The translations under genes and the position numbers were made by a program. From the NCBI GenBank assembly GCA_965240325.2, contig OZ251222.1, positions 4,340,001 to 4,404,000 on the forward strand: DNA of 64,000 nt, in the 5' to 3' direction. Shown here piece by piece: positions 1 through 10,909 of this stretch (position 1 is the stretch's first letter; each line of letters starts with the position of its first letter). The DNA is from Rebecca billardiae RCC1528. Taxonomy: Eukaryota; Protista; Haptophyta. Under the pieces are notes generated by a model. That model saw nothing but the letters and a program-made list of their open reading frames with translations. It searched no databases and was not told where the DNA came from.

Positions 1-2428
1 GCCGCACCGCCACCCTCGCCTCCTGCGACAGCAGCACCAGCGTGCGCGACGCGTCGTCAAACGTGAGGCCGGCGATGTCGGTCACGTTGAGCGGCCGCAG
101 CACCGCCTCCGCGTCGAAGAGGTCGTCGACGTGCACGGCGAGCTCGTCGTCCCCGGGCTCGGCGCCGCCGCCGCGCGCGTCCGCCGCGGGCAGCGCCACG
201 CGCAGCACGCGCATCGGCCCCTTCTCCACCGCCGCGTACGCGACGCCAGTCGCGCGGTCGAACGCGAGGCCCTCGATGCCCGCGTTGGGCGAGGCCGTGC
301 GCACGCCGGTGCGCAGCACGCGCACGGCGGCGCGGTCGGCGTAGTCGATGGTGGCGCGCTGCACGCCCGCGGCGTCGGCGAGCGAGGCGTTCGGCGCGGG
401 CAGCCGCACGAGCGCGAGCGCGCGCCGCCGCTCCTCCGCCACCGCCAGGCTGCCGCCTCCCAGCCACGCCACGCCCTCCGTGTCCTCGAAGCCGCTCAGG
501 GAGATCACGCGCAGCAGCACAGGCCCCGCGCTGCCGCACTCGGCGCCGTCGACGGAGCCGTCGGAGCCGCCGCCGCCGCCGACGGCCGCGCCGTCGAGCC
601 ACGCCGACGGCAGCGCGGGCGCGCGCGCGCGCGGCGGGCAGCGCGGCAGCGCGTACTCGCGTAGTTGCGGCGGGGCGTTGGTCACAGCGAGCACGGACCC
701 GCGCGCGCGCCACAGCGCCTCCGGGCCGCGGAGCACGCCCGCGCCCGGCGGCAGCAGGAGCAGCCCGGACAGGTTCTCCTCGACGCCCGGCAGCGCCCAC
801 GAGTGCGTGAGCGCGAAGCTGGACAGCGCGGCGCTCGCCTCCGCCTCGGACGCGCCCGGCTGCGTCGAGTCGGCGCCGTGCGAGCGCGCGGCCGAGCCGG
901 CGGCGGCGCGTGCGCGCACGCCTGCCGCGACCGCCGCCTCGGCCGTGCCCGGCGCAAACGAGCTCGGCGGCAGCGCGCCCGTCGGCCGCTCGAGCTCGGC
1001 GAGGTAGCTCCAGCCGCCGGCGTACTCGAGGAACTGCACGCGCATCCGCTCGGCGCTGATCGAGACGAGGCCGAAGCCGGGCACGCCGCCCTGCGCCAGC
1101 CTCGCGCCGGGCGCGGGCACGCCGAGCGAGGGCGGCGCCTTGGAGCCCGCGGCCGAGACGAACTGTTGCAGCCGCGCGCCGGGCGGCTTGAGGTGCTGCA
1201 GCCCGCCGTCGTGCCCGCTCAGGTACGCGGCGACGCCGCCCGCCTCGAGGATGGGCAGCAGCCGCTGCGCCAGCCAGCCCCCGTCCTCGAGCGCGCGCGC
1301 GCCCGAGCTCCAGATCGGGTGGTGACCCACCGCGAGCCGCCAGCGCGCGCTCGACGCGCCCAGCGTGCGGTTGAGCCAGTCGAGCTGCGCGAGCGCGTAC
1401 GCGCGCGCGCTGCCCGCCGCGCCGTCGCGCGCGAAGCCGGCCTCCACCTGCGCCGCGGCGGAGGGCAGCATGGGCGCCGTGTCGAGCACCACAAAGTGCA
1501 CGCTGCTCTGCGCGTGCACAAAGTCGTAGTACGGCGCGGGCTGCGCCCACTGGCCGCGCGTGCGCGCCGCCAGCCTCACCTGCGCGGCCGCGGAGCCCAT
1601 GTAGTCGCGCTCCCCCAGCGAGGAGTACCAGCGCAGCCGGTCGAGAGGCGGGTACCGGTTGTAGACGTCAGCCCAGCTGCTGCCCACCTGCGGGGCGCCC
1701 TCGGACGCGAGGCCGCTCGGGTAGAAGTTGTCGCCGGTGGAGAGCACGAACGCGGCGGCGGAGGCGCGCGCGGCCTTCGCCATCTCGATCGCCACGTCGC
1801 GCTGGCAGCACAGCCCGTCCCGCCCCCAGCCGCCCACCACCACGAACGCCAGCTCGGACGGCTCGAGAGGCAGCGCGCGCGACGCGCCGTCGTGCGAGGC
1901 GCACAGCGCGGAGTGGTTGGTGTGCCCGCGCTCGAGCTCGGCGTCGCACAGCTCGGAGGTGACCTGCGCGGCGTGGCGCACCGCGCCGGCCAGCGCGCCG
2001 GCCGACGGCGGCGGCGACGGCGGCGGCGGCGACGAGGGCCGCGCCGAGGGCGGCGGCGGCGCAGGCGGCGAGAGCGGCGGCGACCGCGGCGGCGACGGCG
2101 GCTGAGCGGGCGACTCGGCGCGTTCTCTCGCCGGCTTCGACGCGGCGCCGAGGGCGAAGCCGATCGCGAACACGCCGCCGAGCGCCATCACGATGCTGGC
2201 GGCGAGCACGGCCCTCGCGCGCGAGCAGCGCAGCCGCCGCAAGCCGCCTCGGCCGTACGCTCCGCCAAACGCGCTCGGGCTGGGCGGGCGCAGGTGGGCG
2301 AGCGAGCCCTTGCGGCTGTGGTCGCGCTCGCGGGCGTGCGTGGCGTCGCTCAGCTCGATATCGCCCCAGTGTGACGCCCCGTGGTCGTCCTCCATCATCT
2401 GCACCGGCTGGTGCCCGTGCGCGGACAT
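1..2428 (-). CDS. Membrane-anchored degenerate purple acid phosphatase (calcineurin-like metallophosphoesterase) fused to an SdiA-regulated/YjiK-like beta-propeller; 3' end runs off the window
   Basis: Manual translation of the minus frame from ATG 2428; it is absent from the ORF track because there is no stop in the window. It has a TM segment (AVLAASIVMALGGVFAIGFAL), a Pro-rich linker, PAP-like blocks FVVVGGWGRDG, VLSTGDNFY, WYSSLGERDY, LAVGHHPIWS and YLSGHDGGLQH, then YjiK-like motifs ENLSGL, LAVTNAPP, DTEGVAWL..AVAEER, NAGIEGLAFD..VEKGP and DIAGLTFD. Confidence 0.8.
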   Translation of the reverse strand, partial: MSAHGHQPVQMMEDDHGASHWGDIELSDATHARERDHSRKGSLAHLRPPSPSAFGGAYGRGGLRRLRCSRARAVLAASIVMALGGVFAIGFALGAASKPARERAESPAQPPSPPRSPPLSPPAPPPPSARPSSPPPPSPPPSAGALAGAVRHAAQVTSELCDAELERGHTNHSALCASHDGASRALPLEPSELAFVVVGGWGRDGLCCQRDVAIEMAKAARASAAAFVLSTGDNFYPSGLASEGAPQVGSSWADVYNRYPPLDRLRWYSSLGERDYMGSAAAQVRLAARTRGQWAQPAPYYDFVHAQSSVHFVVLDTAPMLPSAAAQVEAGFARDGAAGSARAYALAQLDWLNRTLGASSARWRLAVGHHPIWSSGARALEDGGWLAQRLLPILEAGGVAAYLSGHDGGLQHLKPPGARLQQFVSAAGSKAPPSLGVPAPGARLAQGGVPGFGLVSISAERMRVQFLEYAGGWSYLAELERPTGALPPSSFAPGTAEAAVAAGVRARAAAGSAARSHGADSTQPGASEAEASAALSSFALTHSWALPGVEENLSGLLLLPPGAGVLRGPEALWRARGSVLAVTNAPPQLREYALPRCPPRARAPALPSAWLDGAAVGGGGGSDGSVDGAECGSAGPVLLRVISLSGFEDTEGVAWLGGGSLAVAEERRRALALVRLPAPNASLADAAGVQRATIDYADRAAVRVLRTGVRTASPNAGIEGLAFDRATGVAYAAVEKGPMRVLRVALPAADARGGGAEPGDDELAVHVDDLFDAEAVLRPLNVTDIAGLTFDDASRTLVLLSQEARVAVR

Positions 2429-2505
2429 GGTGCCGGCGGACGCCAGGATGCGGCACCTACCGTGTGCGCCGCGGTCAAAAGCACTCTTCCGCTGCTGTGC
2501 GCACG

Positions 2506-3723
2506 ATGGCGCCGCCCGTGGCTTGCGCGCGGTGGGAGGACATCGCCAGGTGGCTGGCGGGGCATCACGTCGGTGCCGGCGTGCTCAGCGACGCGCCGCC
2601 GCGGAGCGAGTGGGCCGTGCGAGTCGGCCGCCGCTTCCGCCGCGCGCACGACGCGTACGCCCGCGCGCTCGCCCGGCAGGTGGGCGGCGCGGTCGGCGCA
2701 GACTTTGCGGCCGCGCGGCGCGTGCGCGGCGTGCTCGCGCCGTGGGGCGGCGCGGACATTCTCACGCCGATCGGCGCGTTCCCGAGCGCCGAATCGGTCC
2801 TGCTCGTCGGGCTCGAGCCCACCGGCGCGCCCTTCTGGCGCCTCGGCCCGAGCCCGAGCGCGCGCGCGTGCGTGGGCGCGCGGTCGCTCGAGCGCGCTCT
2901 GAATGCCTCTGCGCGCTGCCTCGAGCTGAACGACGGCGGCGCGTTCTTCTCCTCGCCGCTGCTCGAGCGAGCAGGCGATGGCGCAGGGGGCATCACCTCG
3001 GTCCTGCTCGCCGCCGCCGGCGCGCTCGACGGGCTCGTCGTGCGCACCGTGCGCGCGGCGGGCGAGCACGCCGTGTGCATGCGGCTGGGACCGCCCTCCG
3101 CCTCCGCCGCCGCCTCCGCCGCCGCCGCCGCCACCGCCGCCGCCGCCGCTCGGCCGGACGTCGAGGTGACGTACGTGGCGGCGGACCTGCGCGAGGCGGG
3201 CGGGATCGAGCGCGTGCGCGCGGCCGCGTCGCGTGCGCTCCGCCCACCCGTCGCCGCCGTGCTCAAGGCGGCCGAGGGCGCGCCCGCGAGCGCGCGCGGC
3301 CGCGCGGCGGTCCGCGCGCTGCTGCTGCGCGGCGCGACGCCGGGCGCGCGGCCTGTGCTGCTGCTCGAGGACGACAGCGGCGTGCCGCCGTCGGAGCTGC
3401 GCGCGGCGGGGATGCGCGTGAAGGGGTACGGCCTGTACGACGCGGCGCGCCCGGCGCCCGCCGCCGCCGCCGCCGCCGCCGCGCGCGCCGAGTTTGGCGC
3501 GCTCTTTGGGCCGGCGCGCGCGCAGGCGCCGCTGGCGCGCGGGCTGCAGTTTGGCTACTGCCACGCGCCGCCCGCCGACGCGGCGGCCGGTGCAGCGTAC
3601 GCCGGCTGCGTGCACGAGCCGCCCGAGGCGGCGCGCGGCACGGCGTGCGAGCGCGACCTCGTGTACTCGCGCGGCGCGATGGGCCAGCGCTGGCTGCAGT
3701 GCCACATGATCGTCGCCGGGTGA
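2506..3723 (+). CDS. Uncharacterised protein resembling a bacterial family of unknown function
   Basis: Intronless ORF from ATG 2506 with motifs DIARWLAG, PWGGAD..AFP...LLVGLEP, TYVAADL, LKAA, LLEDDSGVP, YGLY and FGY. These recall, from memory only, a bacterial family with YPFSGPD/GLEP/QDDSGIP motifs. Confidence 0.6.
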   Translation: MAPPVACARWEDIARWLAGHHVGAGVLSDAPPRSEWAVRVGRRFRRAHDAYARALARQVGGAVGADFAAARRVRGVLAPWGGADILTPIGAFPSAESVLLVGLEPTGAPFWRLGPSPSARACVGARSLERALNASARCLELNDGGAFFSSPLLERAGDGAGGITSVLLAAAGALDGLVVRTVRAAGEHAVCMRLGPPSASAAASAAAAATAAAAARPDVEVTYVAADLREAGGIERVRAAASRALRPPVAAVLKAAEGAPASARGRAAVRALLLRGATPGARPVLLLEDDSGVPPSELRAAGMRVKGYGLYDAARPAPAAAAAAAARAEFGALFGPARAQAPLARGLQFGYCHAPPADAAAGAAYAGCVHEPPEAARGTACERDLVYSRGAMGQRWLQCHMIVAG

Positions 3724-4323
3724 GCGTCTGACCAACGGGGTTCAAACAAGTCTGATGACCCGCACGCGGGAGCACTGATGCGCCCGGCCCAGTTCGGAGT
3801 GAGTGGGGGACCTGACGGCGGGGTGCTATCGGGGAGCTCCCCAAAACACCGTGCGCGCTCTCCCGGCCGAAGCTTATTCGCGGCGCACTGCGCCTGTCAC
3901 CCCTGTGCTCGAGCTATAGGTCGTAGGACGCTTGGCACGCGGTCCAGGTCCTGCAATGCCTGCACTGCCGGCACTGTGAGGCACTGCACGCCAGTCACAG
4001 TGCGGCCCGAGCCCACGAGGGATCCAGAGCGTGGTGAGTGGCGCACTCGCCGGCCACTCTGACTCGTCGGACACATGTATAGAGTCAACTGATGATGTAT
4101 ATATATATATATAGTTTACAGAGTGCGGCACGGTCCGCAGTGGCGCCCGGCGCAGGGTTCTGCGCGGTACCGTAGTCGTGAATCACTGCTATGCCGCCTT
4201 GGCGCAGAGCCGCAGAGGCGCAGACAGATTGCGGTCGGCAGCACGGCCCCACGCGAGTGACGAGTCCGCTACCCCGCCGCCGGGCAGCCCGCGTTATTGT
4301 TTTCGGTTTTCACAAGTGATATT

Positions 4324-5874
4324 ATGACGGTCGTGCGTGCGGCTGTCGTGCTGGCTCTCGCAGCGCTGCCGCCGCACGCGGCGGCGGTGGCGACGCGTTC
4401 GACCGCGAGCGTTGTTCTGCTGCCCATGATCGAGGCTGCTCGCCTCACCATCGCTCCTGCCCTCAACACGAGTCGGTGCGGCGAGCGCCCGAGGCGGTGG
4501 GCGATGCCCGCCGACGCGTGCGATGTCGCCCGACAAGCTCTCCCGCGCGGAGCGATCCGCGAGCGCCGATTGGAGCGACGGCAGCTGCGCGATAGGCCAC
4601 CACCACGGCTCAGCAAGCAGACTGTTGCGTCCGTGTTCGCAGCCATCGAACGCGAGCACGGGCCTGGCTTTGCGCCAGCAGCTGGCGGCATGCCACGCAT
4701 TCAGTTGGTCAAGAGGTACGTGGGCGCTCTACACATGCGCACCGTGTATCGCCTGGGGAGTCGCATCATCGTCAAGCAGATCTACCGTTCGCGTGGCACG
4801 GCGCAGAATGCCTCGCAAGCCGAGGGCACCGGCGGCGTTGCGATTGACGACTGGCATGTTGATGGCCGCAACGTGCTTAGCTTCTTGAAGTGGCACCAGC
4901 AGCGGCTCATCGGGCCTCCAGCGTCGGTCCCGATAGCGCGCACGCTGCTTGTCCTGGACACGCCGTCGGAAGGGCTGCTGCTCGCCATGGAAGTGGTCCA
5001 GGGGAAGCCTTTAGTGAAGCAGCCGACGCGCGCAAACAAACGCGCAGCGCTGCGCACACTCGCGCGCCTGCACGGCTGGACGTGGGGCATCACGCTGCCA
5101 GAGCTCAAGGGCCTCAAGGTGCGTGGCGGCTGGTACAACCTGGACGATTACACCAGCACGGGGGACATCGAGGAACTCCGCCGCAAGCAAACAGACGGGG
5201 GCCTTTGGCAGCGCCTCGCGCTTGCTGCACGCGCCCTGGAGAGGTGGCTGAACGCCAGCCCGTGGATGTGCCTCATCCATGGTGACCTCCACGGGGGGAA
5301 CATGCTGATCCACAACAGCCCTCATCCCACGCCCGACGGCAGCGCGCGAGGCCACCATGCCTCGGAGGCCGCGCACGCCCCTGCCGTGCCCAACGCGACA
5401 CGCGCCGCTCGCAGCGGCGGTGGTCCCACCCCTGCATCGGCGCGCACGTTGCCCTCGGCGCGCCTGATCGACTATGACGACATCGGTCGAGGGCCGCCTG
5501 CAAAGGACCTGGCTGTCTTGCTCGAGAAGCGGGTATGGTGGCACCATGACGCGCGCAGCTGGGTCAGCGAGTACCACGCCGCGCTGAGTGACGTTTTGAA
5601 GACGCGCGGGATCGCGCCGCCTGCACTCGGCGGACTGCTGCTCACCTTCGACGTGGCGCTGGCTGACCGCACTCGCCACTTGGAAGTCACACAGGGGGCA
5701 CGCGAGCCACGCGACGACCCGTCGCATGAGGCTGAGCGGCGCGCACAGCACGTGCGCGCGCTGTTGGATGCCATCGATGACGGCTCGCCGTTGGGCAGCG
5801 AGGAGGCGTACGACCACGCCCTCTTTGCCCGGCGTCCACCCGGGAGCGACGTGCCCTTGACTGAGATGATGTGA
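4324..5874 (+). CDS. Aminoglycoside/choline/ecdysteroid kinase-like phosphotransferase with an N-terminal hydrophobic (signal-like) segment
   Basis: IIVKQ (catalytic Lys), LLLAME, LARLHG, Brenner motif LIHGDLHGGNML and LIDYDDIGRGPPAKDLA. The start is set at ATG 4324. Confidence 0.8.
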   Translation: MTVVRAAVVLALAALPPHAAAVATRSTASVVLLPMIEAARLTIAPALNTSRCGERPRRWAMPADACDVARQALPRGAIRERRLERRQLRDRPPPRLSKQTVASVFAAIEREHGPGFAPAAGGMPRIQLVKRYVGALHMRTVYRLGSRIIVKQIYRSRGTAQNASQAEGTGGVAIDDWHVDGRNVLSFLKWHQQRLIGPPASVPIARTLLVLDTPSEGLLLAMEVVQGKPLVKQPTRANKRAALRTLARLHGWTWGITLPELKGLKVRGGWYNLDDYTSTGDIEELRRKQTDGGLWQRLALAARALERWLNASPWMCLIHGDLHGGNMLIHNSPHPTPDGSARGHHASEAAHAPAVPNATRAARSGGGPTPASARTLPSARLIDYDDIGRGPPAKDLAVLLEKRVWWHHDARSWVSEYHAALSDVLKTRGIAPPALGGLLLTFDVALADRTRHLEVTQGAREPRDDPSHEAERRAQHVRALLDAIDDGSPLGSEEAYDHALFARRPPGSDVPLTEMM

Positions 5875-6018
5875 TGACGACGACCGCGGATGACGACGAC
5901 GACCTGATGGTGCTTGGCCGCGTGCTGGCCGGGTGCCGCATCGGCTGCTTGAGCCATTTCAAAAAGGCATGCAGTTGGCGGCTCGGCCGGACGCCGCCCG
6001 GCCGGGGGGCCGCGAACG

Positions 6019-9000
6019 ATGTCCGCCCTCCCGCCGCCGAGCTCGCCGCGCTCGCCACGCTCGCCGCGCGGGCGCGCGTCGAGCGTGTTCCACCGCGTGG
6101 AGGTGTTCGTGCGCGTGCGCCCGCTCCTGCCGCGCGAGCGCGCGGCGGCCGAGGCGGAGGTGGTGCTCGCGGACGAGCGCGTGGGCAGCGTGACGGTGCT
6201 GCCCGCCTCGCCGTCCGCGCCCGACGCGAAGACGCTGAGCTTCGACGGCGTGCTCGGCCCCGACGCGTCGCAGCGCGCGACGTACGACGCGGTGGGCGAG
6301 CCACTACTCGCGCGCGCGCTGCGCGGGTACAACGCCACGCTCCTCGCGTACGGCCAGACCGGCTCGGGCAAGACGCACACGCTTCTCACGCACGGCTCCG
6401 CGGCGCACGGCGAGCGGCACGCGCCCGCGTCGGCGACGGGCATCCTGCCGCGGCTGGTCAGCGCGCTGTTCGGCGCAGTGCGCGACGACATCGCGCACGT
6501 GTACGTCGTGCGCGCCTCCTTCGTGCAGGTGTACAACGAGAGCGTCTTCGATCTGCTGGCGGGGGCGCGCGGGGCGGGGGCGGAGGCGGAGGCGGAGGCG
6601 GAGGCGGAGGCTGAGGCGGACGGCGGCGCCGAGGTGGCGCACCGCGCGCCCTCGCCGCGCGCGGGCTCGGACGTGGGCTCGCCCGTGCGGCTGCGCCTCG
6701 GCGCGCTCGGCGGCTCCGCGCTCGAGGGCGCCACCTCGCTCGTCGAGGCGAGTAGCGCGCCCCAGCTCCTAGCCCTGCTCGCTCGCGCGCGCGCCAGGCT
6801 GGTGTTCGCAGAGACGCGGCTCAACCGGCACTCGTCGCGCTCGCACGCCGTGGTGCAGCTGCACATCACGCGGCGCGAGCGCGCCACCGCCGCCGACGCC
6901 GACGCCGACGCCGACCCACCCGGCGGCAGCGTCGGCCGCACCGGCGTCCACCCCTTCCGCGCGCGCGCGCTCACGTCCAAGCTCACACTGGTCGACCTGG
7001 CGGGCAGCGAGCGGGTGGCGCGCACCGGCTCGCTCGACGACTGGCACTCGTCCGCGCCCGGCGCGGGCGGGCGCTTCCGCGAGGCCGTGGCCATCAACTC
7101 GTCCCTCCTCGGCCTGGGCATCGTGATGCGAGCGCTCGCCGATGCGCAGAGGGCGGCGCGCGCCGCGCCGCCGTCCCCGCGCCACGGCGGCGGCGGCGCG
7201 GACGGCGGCGGCGGGCGCGGCGGCGGCGGCGGCGGCGGCGGCGCGTACGTGCCGTACCGCGACTCGAAGCTGACCGCCATCCTGCACGACGCGATCGGCG
7301 GCAACTGCCTCACCCGCCTCGTCGTCTGCGTCTCCCCCGCCGGCTCTGACGCTCCGGAGACGCTCGCGTCCCTGCGCTGGGGCGGGCGCGCGATGGAGGT
7401 GGGCACCGACGCGTCCGTGAACGCGTCGACGGTGCTGGTGAGCGCGCAGCGGGCGGCCGCGGACCTCGCCGAGGCGCTGGAGCTCGAGGCGGAGCGCGAG
7501 CGCCGCGCGCGCTGGGGCGACGCCGACGACGACGACGAGGAGGAGGACGGCGGCGGCGGCGCGCGCGCGCGCGACGCCGCGCGCGCGGACGGCGGCGCGC
7601 GCTCGCGCGACGCGGCCGCAGCCGAAATCGCGGCCGAAGTCGCGATCGACGCGGCGCGCGTCGCGTCGGGCGCGGCGCGCGAGCGCGCGAGCGCGCTCGA
7701 GCGCTCCGCCGTCGTCGCCGCCGCCGAGCTCCAGGCCGCGACCGACGCGCTCGGCCGCGCGCGCGCGCTTGCCGATGAGAGCGGTGCGCGCGCGGACGCG
7801 GCCGTTGGCGCGGCCGCGCGCGCGGCCGCCGAGCGCGACGCGGCGCGCGCCGACGCGGCGGCGGCGGCGGCGGCGGCGCGCGAGGCGGAGGGCGCGCTGC
7901 GCGCGGAGCGCGAGGCGCACGCGCGCACCGCCGCCGCGCTCGACGCCGCGCGCGCCGACGCGGCCGCCGAGCGCGCGCGCGCAGACGCGGCGAGTGCCGC
8001 CGCCGACGCGGCCGGCGCGCGCGCGGCCGCGGCCGAGTCGGGCGTGCCCGCGGCGGTGCAGGAGGTGGCGGCGGCGCTGAGCAGGCGGATCGCCGCGTCC
8101 GAGCGCGCGCACGCGGCCGCGCTCGAGGCGGCGCGCGCCGACGCCGCCGCGACGGCGCGCGCCCACGCGGACGCCGACGCCGCCGCGGCGGCGGACGCGG
8201 CGCGCGCGGCCGAGCGCGCGCGCGCCGACGCCGAGCGCGGCGCGGCCGTGCGCGCCGCGCGCGCGGAGGGGGTCAGGGAGGGCGCGGAGGCGGCGCGAGC
8301 GGAGGCGGCGAGCGCGCTGGCGGAAGCGCGTGAGGCGCACGCGGCCGCGCTGCGCGCCGCCCAGGCCGAGGCGGCCGCGCTGCGCGAGCGCGCCGCCGCG
8401 CCGCCGCCGCTGCCACCCGCGCCGCCGCCGCCGCCGCCTCGCGCGGAGGCGGAGGCGGAGGCGCAGGCGCAGGCGCAGGCGGGCGCTCGGCTGCGCGCTG
8501 AGCTCGCGCAGGCGCGGCGGGAGCGGTCGGAGCTGCAGGCGGCCCAGGCGCAGGAGCGAGAGCGCGCACGCGCCGCCCTCGAGGAGGCACGCGCCGCGCG
8601 CGCGGACGCGGACGCGGCGCGCGCGGACGCGGACGCCGCGCGCGCGGACGCGGACGCGGCGGCCGCGGCCGCGGTGGCGCGCGCGCGCGCGGCGGAGGCG
8701 GAGGCGGCCGCGGCGCACGCGGCCGCGCACGCCGCGGCGCCGGCCGCGGTGGCGGCCGCGCGCGCCGACGCAACCGCCGCGCAGGCCACCGCCTCCGCGC
8801 GCGCCGCCGCCGCCGAGCTCGCCGCCGCGTCCGCGCGCGCGGGCGCGCTCGAGGCGGCGGCGGCGCGACTGCCGCCGAGCGCGCGCGCCGCCTTCGCCGC
8901 CGACGCGGCCGCCGAGAGTGCTGCCGCCGAGCTGCGCGCGGCGCGCGCGGGCGCGGGGGCAGAGGGCGGCGCGGAGGGCGGCGCGCTCTCGGAGGCGCGC

Positions 9001-9736
9001 GCGCACGAGCTGTCGCTCGAGCTGGTCCGCGCGCTCCGCCGCGCCGGCCGCGCAGGCGAGGCGGAGGCGGAGGCGCGCGCGCTGGCGGCGGCGAGCGCGC
9101 GCGCCGCCGCGCCCGCGGCCGGCGCGGCCGACGCCGACGACGCCACCGCCGCGCGCGTGCTCGCCGCCGAGCTTGCGCTGGGCGAGGTGCTCGCGGAGCG
9201 CGCGGCCGCGGGCGGCTCGGATCCGTCGGCGGCGGCGGCGGCGGCGGCCGAGGCCGAGGTGGTCTACCGCCGCGCGCTCGCGCGGATCGAGCGCGGCGGC
9301 GGCGGCGGCGGCCGCGGCCGCGGCCGCGGCCGCGGCGGCGGCGGCGGCGGCCACGGCGGCGCGGGGGCAGGGGCGGCGCGCGCCGAGGCGGCGCGCGCGC
9401 TCAGCGGCCTCGCGACGGCGCTGAGCGCGCAGGGGCGGCACGCGGAGGCGGAAGCGCTCGCGAGGCGCGCGCTCGCCGCGCCCGTCGGCGGCGCCGCGCC
9501 CGCGCCCGCTCCTGAGGCCGAGCGCGCCCTGGCGCGCGCGCTGCGTGGCCGCGGCCGCGCGGCGGACGCGGCCGCGGCCGCGCGGCGCGCGCACGCGGCG
9601 CTGAGCGCTGCGCACGGCGCGGAGGACGAGCGCACGCTGCGCGCTGGCGCGGAGCTGGCCGAGGCGCTACTCGCCGCCGCCGCGCCCGCCACCAGCGCCG
9701 CCGCCGCTGCGGGCGGCGGCGGCGGCAGCCCCGGGC

Positions 9737-9777
<41 letters not shown>

Positions 9778-10876
9778 CGCAGCCGCGAGCCGGCCGCGGC
9801 CGCGGCCGTGGCTGCCGCGGCGGCGGCGGCTGCGGAGGCGGAGGCGGTGCTCCGCGCGCTGATCGACGCGCACGTGCGCGCGCACGGCGCCGAGCACGCC
9901 GAGACGCTGCGCCTGCGCACGCGGCTCAGCGAGCTCCTCGTGCGCCGCGCGGACGACTCCGCCCGAGCCGCCGAGGCCGCGGTCGGCGCAGCGCGCGCCT
10001 CGCGCGCGGCGCACGAGAGATCGCGCGGCGCCGACGACGCGGCCACACTGGGCAGCGGCGCGCTGCTCGGCGAGGCGCTGGCGCGCGCGGGGCGGTGGGA
10101 GGAGGCGGAGGCGGAGCTCGCGCGCGCGCACGCCGGCCTCGGCGCCGCGCTCGGCGCCGAGCACGCGCGCACCCTCGCCGTCGGCGTCCGCCTTGCCGAC
10201 GCGCGCGGCCGCGCTGGGCGCTGGGCGGAGGCAGAGCGCTTGTATGCCGCGGCGGCGGCGGCGGCGGCGGGCGCGGGCGCGGGCGCGGAGGGCGGCGCGG
10301 AGGGCGCGCTGGGTGCGCGCGCGGCGGCGGGGCGCGCGCGCGCGCTCGAGGCGCTCGGGCGCGAGGCCGACGCGCTGCCGCTCCTCCGCGCCGCCCTCGC
10401 CGCCGCCGAGCGCTCGCACGGCCAGGACAGTGCGCGCGCCGCGGACGCGGCCGCGCGGCTTGCGGCGGCAGCGCACGGCGCGGGCCGCGCGCGCGAGGCG
10501 GAGGCGGCGTGGCGGCGCGCGCTCGGTGTGCTCGAGCGCGCGCACGGCCGCGCGGCGCCGCCCACGCTGCGCGCGCTCCGCGGCCTCGCCGCCGCGCTCT
10601 CTGCGCAGGGCCGCGCCGCCGACGCGGCCGCGCTGTGCGAGCGCGCCCTCGCGGCGCGCGACGCGTCGGCCGCGGCCGGCGGCGGCGGAGGCGGCGGCGG
10701 AGGCGGAGGCGGCGCGGCGGCGGGCGGCGGCGCGGGCGAGGCGGCGGCGCAGGAGCTGGCGCACGAGCTGGCGCACGCGCTCACGCTGCAGGGCAAGGCG
10801 CAGGAGGCGGAGGCGCTGCTGCGCACCTCGCTCGGCGCGCTCGACGCCGCCGCCGCCGCCGAGCCCGCCGCCGCCG

Positions 10877-10909
<33 letters not shown>

